IMG/VR virus record: IMGVR_UViG_3300021962_000084
Coordinates: 5,808-69,807 of that record
Direction: 5' to 3' (one strand)
Source of the DNA: a virus
DNA length: 64,000 nt
Of this stretch, positions 59,001-64,000 are shown piece by piece. Below the pieces are notes generated by a model that was given only the letters and a program-made list of their open reading frames with translations, had not been told where the DNA came from and made no database searches. How positions within the stretch are numbered: position 1 is the stretch's first letter; each line of letters opens with the position of its first letter. The position numbers and the translations under genes were made by a program.

Positions 59001-60217
59001 ATACCGCTACTTTTGTTACCGATGAAAAAGGTAATTTAATTTTACAATTTCATTCCGATAAAACATCAACAGGTGATATTCAAGATAATTCAACTTTGAA
59101 AAAAGAGATTGATAAAAAATTGGAACAAATCGATGGAATGGTATCGAGAGGAATTATCACTAAGAAACAAGCAACTGAAATAAAAGGAATCGTTCTACAA
59201 CATGCTAAAGAAATTGAAGAAGTAGAATCTACATACAATGATGGTGTGGCTATGGTTGCTAATAATTTAATAAAAAACGATAAAAAAGCTGGGGCATCAT
59301 TTGCGGAGCAAGTTGATGTAATAAGAACTGGTGGAGAAAAAACAATATTAAAAAATATTGATGATGCATTATTTGGTAAAAAAGGACTTAAATCCGAAAC
59401 TTTTAAACATCTCCCACCTGCTTATTTAGGTAAAGATGGTAAACCTAAACCTGGATTAGGTCCTGATGATATTTCTCTAGAAGATAAATATAAAATAATA
59501 AGAGCTATTGCAGCAACAACTGGTGGTGAAGCATTTAATAAAGTAGTAGTTAAAGTTTCAAAGATGCTAGTATCTAAAGCTATTAGAAATGGTAAAAAAC
59601 CACCTGCAGGAATTGATATTAATAATATACTATCTTTTCAACGTAAAAAAGTTGTAAAGTCTCATTTCAAACAATTTAGAGAAATGGATAAAACAACTAT
59701 TAATTATAGAGGTAAAAAAATGGGATTAGGAACTTATTTACAGGGGATTGATGTGGTTGATTCATTCCATTTAAAACTTATGGATTCTGATACTAAAAAG
59801 TATGAAGAAGGAAAGCCGGAAAGTCTAATGTATTCTACATTTGATGTGAATATGGGTGGAAATGTTATTGATGGTGAAGTATTAAAAAATTGTTTTGGTG
59901 TAAATTCATCAAGAGAATTTTTACAAAACTTTAGTGTACAGGAAGAAGTATCATTAACATATGAATTTACCGAGAAACAGGCAATAAAAAATTTAGCAGC
60001 TGCTGGTGTTAAAAAACCAACACCTGAGCAAATTGAAGATGCTAGGAATGTAACTGGAATGAACATATTCACATTTGCAATCGATAAGAAAAGTGGAGAA
60101 GTACGAAAAGTTGGGTATAGGACGTATAGACCAAAAAGCGGTAAAGCTGGTAGAACTAACACAACAATGCAGTATTCACCTGAAATGCAAAATTGTTTTA
60201 AAAGTAAAAATAAATAA
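56084..60217 (+). CDS. Large mosaic protein (1377 aa) with a ParB/Srx-like domain and a possible C-terminal nuclease-like region
   Basis: LKATQ...PIYVSRDGHVIDGHHRWAA (~57120-57370) is a ParB-like motif; charged linkers; internal GKIVYFGSKEKKQAAVKSGTH module shared with ORFs 62804 and 63631. Confidence 0.7.
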   Translation: MNMNLSELINEILSEWAYRVENGMPDPKNPIHIKELGIVLSEMGLSHIKNDLVENLLMEKGKTPEKNVVEAEKGNFTNPALNKSIKYRNDKGEDAEGIVGNLLRLPKEHPGRVAAEKTLPQDGTPERDSINKDLGGEGQPKKPEDGKGEKGGEEGGAPKEDPIKKAAPMFDPKVDPAMAARMDKEKEVQSQLAKDAEADKEAEKAQEPKKDDEFQPIDSKDVAKEMPEADPETFSGGSDIPDGVKPEELEKFNTDIKKVAQQVADAKAKGEPAPNINLCDVTVPGTNLYCDDNLGIPRDEMPQFKGNASPGSRAAGMDADASGEVDTEPVFKEMLKEKGIKTLQTEIPADKLKATQKDLVGAKVVGMMAALEKDPQHPKITAPIYVSRDGHVIDGHHRWAAIVAHNAANPDNQIPMKTTVLDMDIKDAIPMANKFAEDMGIAAKKADANKETPSEPQKVTSAPKITEKIKKKIENWTEKEKAFFDRNEGAPGSKERRSLGQALKDKAAGALKAIKKGFKHEVEEFKAAGSGVKNFFSGKELSEHEVKAVKAVAFKVVTTAVFGAAFGGLSHGVAAFGKHVAMEFIPHVIAETILKGAGKAAVFADMEGEAEMDANMVKFAEMIADGLENMEISPEMMEDMVDSYNQKKESGELDDNGEPMVKSEHLHLVDELMLEMIYGFIEEATTTKDWKLAARKGGPKGKIVYFGSKEKKQAAVKSGTHVDVDKNLNAKSGSDTTQTPPARQLGAGDFRPTGEKDLEKSTKPARTPQELEDIRNEVFSGNKGVVIGKNEEADNVVKNNLLKHGYNGYLKATGKKPAPGSEGSAFNEIVSGTAAKLLNKHPDLSEEELTRIIVSQFCSTALGKEQSLTAEVNGSLPKDLKNNPCASKALIAARSARKKYDNSISRADELTKKGLFGKQRNLETFYGAEESKEAQVKSIQSAKRILTPDGDVVSKEDAIAFVMMGGGGANPSDTATFVTDEKGNLILQFHSDKTSTGDIQDNSTLKKEIDKKLEQIDGMVSRGIITKKQATEIKGIVLQHAKEIEEVESTYNDGVAMVANNLIKNDKKAGASFAEQVDVIRTGGEKTILKNIDDALFGKKGLKSETFKHLPPAYLGKDGKPKPGLGPDDISLEDKYKIIRAIAATTGGEAFNKVVVKVSKMLVSKAIRNGKKPPAGIDINNILSFQRKKVVKSHFKQFREMDKTTINYRGKKMGLGTYLQGIDVVDSFHLKLMDSDTKKYEEGKPESLMYSTFDVNMGGNVIDGEVLKNCFGVNSSREFLQNFSVQEEVSLTYEFTEKQAIKNLAAAGVKKPTPEQIEDARNVTGMNIFTFAIDKKSGEVRKVGYRTYRPKSGKAGRTNTTMQYSPEMQNCFKSKNK

Positions 60218-60254
60218 AAAATAACCTGTTTTTATCCTTCCTTTCCATTTTTGA

Positions 60255-60262
60255 TATTTATA
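60255..60262 (+). promoter_or_regulatory. TATTTATA motif, putative late promoter
   Basis: Intergenic, upstream of the ATG at 60293. Confidence 0.6.
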
Positions 60263-60292
60263 GTAGAATATTAAAAAAGAAAGAAACAGAGG

Positions 60293-60709
60293 ATGAAGAC
60301 ACAGTTACTTTGTACATTTACAACAAAAGCAGAGTTACAAAATACTCTACAACAAATTAGAGAAACGTATCATATAGTGTATAATTACATCTATATTTTG
60401 CAGAACAAGTCTAATTTGGATGAGTTGTTTATTACATATAATATAGATACAGCTTTCCAACCAGCAACTCCGTTGGAAAATACAATACTAATACATAGGA
60501 AAAAAGAGTCTAATACACTTTACACTATTAACGCCTTAAACGAATTGGTTAAGGAAGAAAATGGTGGTGTGTTGGACACTTCTTTTGTCATCAATTGGCA
60601 GAAGTTTAAAAACTCAATCATATTAACAAATGCCGAAGGAACTAAGAAAATTCAGACAAGAGTTTTCGAAGTAATGTCATTTGGTGAAGAAGCTAACCCA
60701 TCAACTTAA
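60293..60709 (+). CDS. Hypothetical phage protein
   Basis: 138-aa ORF (MKTQLLCTFT...HRKKESNTLYTINALN); no function recognised. Confidence 0.7.
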   Translation: MKTQLLCTFTTKAELQNTLQQIRETYHIVYNYIYILQNKSNLDELFITYNIDTAFQPATPLENTILIHRKKESNTLYTINALNELVKEENGGVLDTSFVINWQKFKNSIILTNAEGTKKIQTRVFEVMSFGEEANPST

Positions 60710-60718
60710 ATTTAGATT

Positions 60719-61120
60719 ATGTTTGTACCAAATCATTTACATTTACTTGTAAAAGGTTATTTAAAGACCCCACCCCAAACGGAAAAAGTGTTAAACATTT
60801 GGTTTACACAATTAGTTCATAATGTAGGAATGAAAGTAGTTGCAGGACCTACATCGGTTTATGTAAATGAACCTGGTAACGAAGGAATAACTGGAACTGT
60901 AACATTAGCAACATCGCATGCTAGTATTCATGTTTGGGATAAACAAAATCCAGCTATGTTCCAATTTGATTTATATAGTTGTTCTGATTTTAAACCAAAT
61001 GATGTATTAAATCATATAAACGATTGGTTTGGGTTGGAGAAAGCATATTGGAGTTTTATAGATAGAAACTCGGATGTTTTTTATGAATTAAAGCACGGAG
61101 TTTGGGAAAATAAACAGTAG
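60719..61120 (+). CDS. speD: Pyruvoyl-dependent S-adenosylmethionine decarboxylase-like proenzyme
   Basis: N-terminal HLLV, GITGTVTLATSHASIHVW (self-cleavage Ser-His), FDLYSC; size typical of class 1B AdoMetDC. Confidence 0.8.
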   Translation: MFVPNHLHLLVKGYLKTPPQTEKVLNIWFTQLVHNVGMKVVAGPTSVYVNEPGNEGITGTVTLATSHASIHVWDKQNPAMFQFDLYSCSDFKPNDVLNHINDWFGLEKAYWSFIDRNSDVFYELKHGVWENKQ

Positions 61121-61123
61121 TAA

Positions 61124-61131
61124 TATTTATA
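61124..61131 (+). promoter_or_regulatory. TATTTATA motif 6 nt upstream of an ATG
   Basis: Same 6-nt spacing as between the motif and the tmRNA 5' end. Confidence 0.55.
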
Positions 61132-61137
61132 ATTACT

Positions 61138-61908
61138 ATGTATGCAGTTAGAGGATATTTCAAGCCTGAAAGTTCATTTCACACAATCGCAGAATGGGAA
61201 ACCATTTGTAACGAATTCCTAGCTCTACAAAAAAACGGATTTGATGTTAGAGGTGGAACTATTGATTATAGTCCTCAACTTATAGATTTAATTAACAAAT
61301 ACTTTTCATATCAATTATATATTGAAACTGAACAATTTCCTGATTTGACAAGAAAGAAGGTATTGGATTTCATTGAAGATTTCGTAAACCATAAAGTTTG
61401 GTCATTAAAGAAGGATTACAACGATTATATAGTTAATATAGATAATGATAGAATTGCTTTCCTATATTCAAGAGGAGCAATTGAACCATACTTACTTTTA
61501 GATAAGCAATTTACATTAGATACATACGGAACGGCTGATGAGGAAGTAACCGCATTACATTGGACATCTAAAGAGGGATTGATTAACTTAATAGATAGTA
61601 CAAAAAATGGATACGGATTTTCAGTATCAACATTCACAACACAAGCTAAAGAATTTTTTAGACCAGAAAGTAATATATTAGTAAAATTAAGTGGAACATT
61701 AGTAGCAGCTTTCAAATCAGATGCTAAAACATTCGCAACTGATAAAGGTAATAAAGCAGTTAATATGTTCCGATTATCATACCCTGGAAATGAAAACAAT
61801 CTTTGTAGAAATGTAGAAGATTGTAAAGAGAATAAAACATCCTTATGGAACGAAATAGTTATGAAACCAAAACAAGTTATAATGTATAAAGAAATTAAAA
61901 AATATTAA
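61138..61908 (+). CDS. Hypothetical protein, possible ADP-ribosyltransferase-like C-terminal domain
   Basis: LHWTSKEGLINLI...G, SVSTFT and WNEIV have the order of an ART H-S-E triad; weak evidence. Confidence 0.5.
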   Translation: MYAVRGYFKPESSFHTIAEWETICNEFLALQKNGFDVRGGTIDYSPQLIDLINKYFSYQLYIETEQFPDLTRKKVLDFIEDFVNHKVWSLKKDYNDYIVNIDNDRIAFLYSRGAIEPYLLLDKQFTLDTYGTADEEVTALHWTSKEGLINLIDSTKNGYGFSVSTFTTQAKEFFRPESNILVKLSGTLVAAFKSDAKTFATDKGNKAVNMFRLSYPGNENNLCRNVEDCKENKTSLWNEIVMKPKQVIMYKEIKKY

Positions 61909-61912
61909 TATT

Positions 61913-62749
61913 ATGATACTTAAAAAAGGCGATAATAACGAAAACGTTAGGTTAATGCAACAAAAGCTGGGTATTGAACCAGCGGTAACAAATTTTGGAC
62001 CTAAAACTGAAGCAGCTGTAAAAGAGTGGCAAGCTAAAAATGGTTTAGTAGCAGATGGTATTGTGGGACCGGCAACTTGGGCAAAGATAATGGGAGAAAG
62101 TACTCCAGTTCCAGCAGCACCAGTTCAACCAGTAGCACCGGTAGGTGGGTTGAAATTGGATAAATTAAGAGGACATATTCCTGATGCAGTAATCGCAATG
62201 ATTCCTGATACGGCAGCTAAGTTCCAAATCAATACTCCATTAAGATTGGCACACTTCTTAGCACAATGTGGACATGAGAGTGGTGGATTCAGAGCAACAC
62301 AAGAGAACTTAAACTATTCAGCTAAAGGGTTGAATGGTATCTTTAAGAAATACTTTCCAACCGAAGCATCTGCAGCAGCTTATGCTAGAAACCCACAAAA
62401 GATTGCTAACAAAGTATATGGTGGTAGAATGGGTAATGGATTGGAAGCAAGCGGTGATGGCTACAAATTCAGAGGTCGTGGATATATCCAATTGACAGGA
62501 AAGGATAACTATACTGCATTTGGTAAAGCTATTGGTGAAGATATATGTGCAAACCCTGATAAGGTGGCATCTACTTACGCATTATTATCAGCAGCTTGGT
62601 TCTTCTCTAAAAACGGATTACATAAAATGGCAGATGGTGGAGCAACTGACCAAGTGGTAACATCTATTACTAAAAGAGTAAATGGTGGTACAATTGGATT
62701 GGCAGACCGTATTAAACACTTTAAAGAATATTATCATTTGTTGGCATAA
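61913..62749 (+). CDS. Endolysin: peptidoglycan-binding domain plus glycoside hydrolase family 19
   Basis: LKKGD...FGPKTEAAVKEWQ..NGLVADGIVGPATW (PG_binding_1); AHFLAQCGHESGGF, FRGRGYIQLTGKDNY and ITKRVNGG.IGL.DR (GH19). Confidence 0.92.
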   Translation: MILKKGDNNENVRLMQQKLGIEPAVTNFGPKTEAAVKEWQAKNGLVADGIVGPATWAKIMGESTPVPAAPVQPVAPVGGLKLDKLRGHIPDAVIAMIPDTAAKFQINTPLRLAHFLAQCGHESGGFRATQENLNYSAKGLNGIFKKYFPTEASAAAYARNPQKIANKVYGGRMGNGLEASGDGYKFRGRGYIQLTGKDNYTAFGKAIGEDICANPDKVASTYALLSAAWFFSKNGLHKMADGGATDQVVTSITKRVNGGTIGLADRIKHFKEYYHLLA

Positions 62750-62751
62750 TA

Positions 62752-62784
62752 TTTGGTAGTTTGGAGAAAAATTCGTATATTTAT
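62752..62784 (+). promoter_or_regulatory. Near-consensus host-type promoter overlapping a TATTTATA motif
   Basis: TTTG (62752-55), 19-nt spacer, TATATTTA (one mismatch to TAnnTTTG); TATTTATA at 62777-84. Confidence 0.5.
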
Positions 62785-62803
62785 AGGACATAAGATGATG
62801 TAA

Positions 62804-63592
62804 ATGGCAAATATTAAATTAAAAGAATTACTATTTGAAATTGAGGATTTTACAGCTAAAAGTAAAGAAACTGGAAAGTTAGTACACTTCAAATCAAAAG
62901 ATGCATATCAAGCTGCACTAAAAGCCGGTACACATGAAAACCCTAAAAATAACAAAGGTGGTTCATCTAAAGCTGGTAAATCTAATGATATGTTTGGTGG
63001 AGATTATGCAAAAGATAGAGGAGGAAGAACTTCGACAACCAATACATCAGTTAAAGATGAGTTTCCAACTGAAATGGAAACTTTGGAAAAATATGTAAGA
63101 CCAGGAGGAGAACGAAATACAAATATAGATGACGCTGTAGAAACTTTATTTAAGAATAAATCAAAGTATCCAAAAGAATTGACAGCAAAGCCGGGTGAAG
63201 TTTATAGAGGAACGATTGCAAGTGGTGAGGAGTTAAAAAAAATGAAGCCTGTAAAAAAAGAAGGTAGATGGTTCTATTATAAAAAACCATATACATCAAA
63301 AAGAAAGGTTCAATCCTTTACATACAAAGAAGATATTGCTTCAAAGTTTGCAATGCATAATGCATTGGCTAATTCAAGGAGTGGTGGAAACGGAATTGTT
63401 GAAGCGGTAATTGTTGTAAATGTTGATAGTAATTTTGTAGTAAATCCCAAATGGTTATTTGATGAAATTGGAAAAAATGCTAATTTAAAAAAGAACGAAC
63501 AAGAAACATTCCATGTTGGATATAACATACCCAACGCATTAATTAAGGTAGATGCTCTGCAATTATATGGATTTGATTGGAGGGATTATTAA
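62804..63592 (+). CDS. Putative ADP-ribosyltransferase (R-S-E type) with a conserved N-terminal module
   Basis: VYRG, QSFT...IA.KFA and NEQE occur in the canonical order; the N-terminal ~73 aa is paralogous to ORF 63631. Confidence 0.6.
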   Translation: MANIKLKELLFEIEDFTAKSKETGKLVHFKSKDAYQAALKAGTHENPKNNKGGSSKAGKSNDMFGGDYAKDRGGRTSTTNTSVKDEFPTEMETLEKYVRPGGERNTNIDDAVETLFKNKSKYPKELTAKPGEVYRGTIASGEELKKMKPVKKEGRWFYYKKPYTSKRKVQSFTYKEDIASKFAMHNALANSRSGGNGIVEAVIVVNVDSNFVVNPKWLFDEIGKNANLKKNEQETFHVGYNIPNALIKVDALQLYGFDWRDY

Positions 63593-63601
63593 AGATTAGT
63601 A

Positions 63602-63609
63602 TATTTATA
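63602..63609 (+). promoter_or_regulatory. TATTTATA motif, putative late promoter
   Basis: Intergenic, upstream of the ATG at 63631. Confidence 0.6.
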
Positions 63610-63630
63610 ATATGTAAAAATAGAACACAA

Positions 63631-64000
63631 ATGGCAAATATTAAACTAAAATCACTAATTACTGAAGCTGAAGATTTTCAAGCTAGAAGTAAAGAAACTG
63701 GAAAGTTGGTACATTTTAAATCAAAAGATGCATATCAAGCTGCATTAAAAGCTGGTACTCACGAAGACCCTAAAGCTAAAAAAGGTGAACAACCTAAAGC
63801 AGCTGCAAAACCAAATGATATGTTTGGTGGAGATTATGCAAAAGATAGAGGTGATAGTGGATTTGGATATGGACCTGAAACTGATAGAAAAAAAGCAACT
63901 GGACTTCCAAAGAAAGCATCTCAATTAAATTATAAACATGCCGAAGTCTTAGAAAAAGCACTTAACGCTGAAGCTGGATTGGATGGATATGTTGATACTG
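63631..64000 (+). CDS. 3'-partial protein sharing its N-terminal module with ORF 62804 (missing from the ORF track)
   Basis: Open frame to the window end: MANIKLKSLITEAEDFQARSKETGKLVHFKSKDAYQAALKAGTHEDPK...NDMFGGDYAKDRG, then divergent sequence. Confidence 0.85.
   Translation, partial: MANIKLKSLITEAEDFQARSKETGKLVHFKSKDAYQAALKAGTHEDPKAKKGEQPKAAAKPNDMFGGDYAKDRGDSGFGYGPETDRKKATGLPKKASQLNYKHAEVLEKALNAEAGLDGYVDT

Noticed and set aside
1194-63609. Reading TATTTATA as T4-type TATAAATA promoters firing on the minus strand
   Set aside because: No credible minus-strand genes exist, and the motif sits at short distances upstream of plus-strand starts and downstream of plus-strand terminators. Antisense transcription cannot be fully excluded.
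1-64000. Stop-codon reassignment, as seen in some large phages
   Set aside because: Standard code 11 gives dense, uninterrupted ORFs up to 12.5 kb, and TGA (3921, 44690) and TAG (61120) end genes at sensible boundaries.

Overview
This is an AT-rich 64 kb segment of a large myovirus with a T4-like morphogenesis layout, and every credible gene is on the + strand. Gene order: partial fibre gene, neck/tail-completion genes, three giant repeat-rich virion/fibre genes (4185, 3646 and 3022 aa) with adaptors and chaperones, tail sheath, tail tube, tail chaperone (probable frameshift), tape measure, baseplate genes, a tmRNA, a compact family A DNA polymerase, a secreted non-specific nuclease, a ParB-domain mosaic protein, a SpeD-like decarboxylase, a GH19 endolysin and ART-like proteins with a shared N-terminal module. 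Two perfect TTTG-N20-TAnnTTTG promoters, A-rich start regions and a Gln-after-cleavage signal peptide point to a Bacteroidota host. A TATTTATA motif precedes most transcription units and is a candidate late promoter. The most striking observation is the 4185-aa protein: it has 22 repeats with an invariant C-x-R-D that resemble the bilin-binding helices of phycobiliproteins, plus 22 separately placed partner helices whose order nests like parentheses, implying a branched single-chain architecture. The neighbouring fibre carries two intact type-1 copper-site motifs. All assignments are by eye from motifs and synteny; no searches were run.
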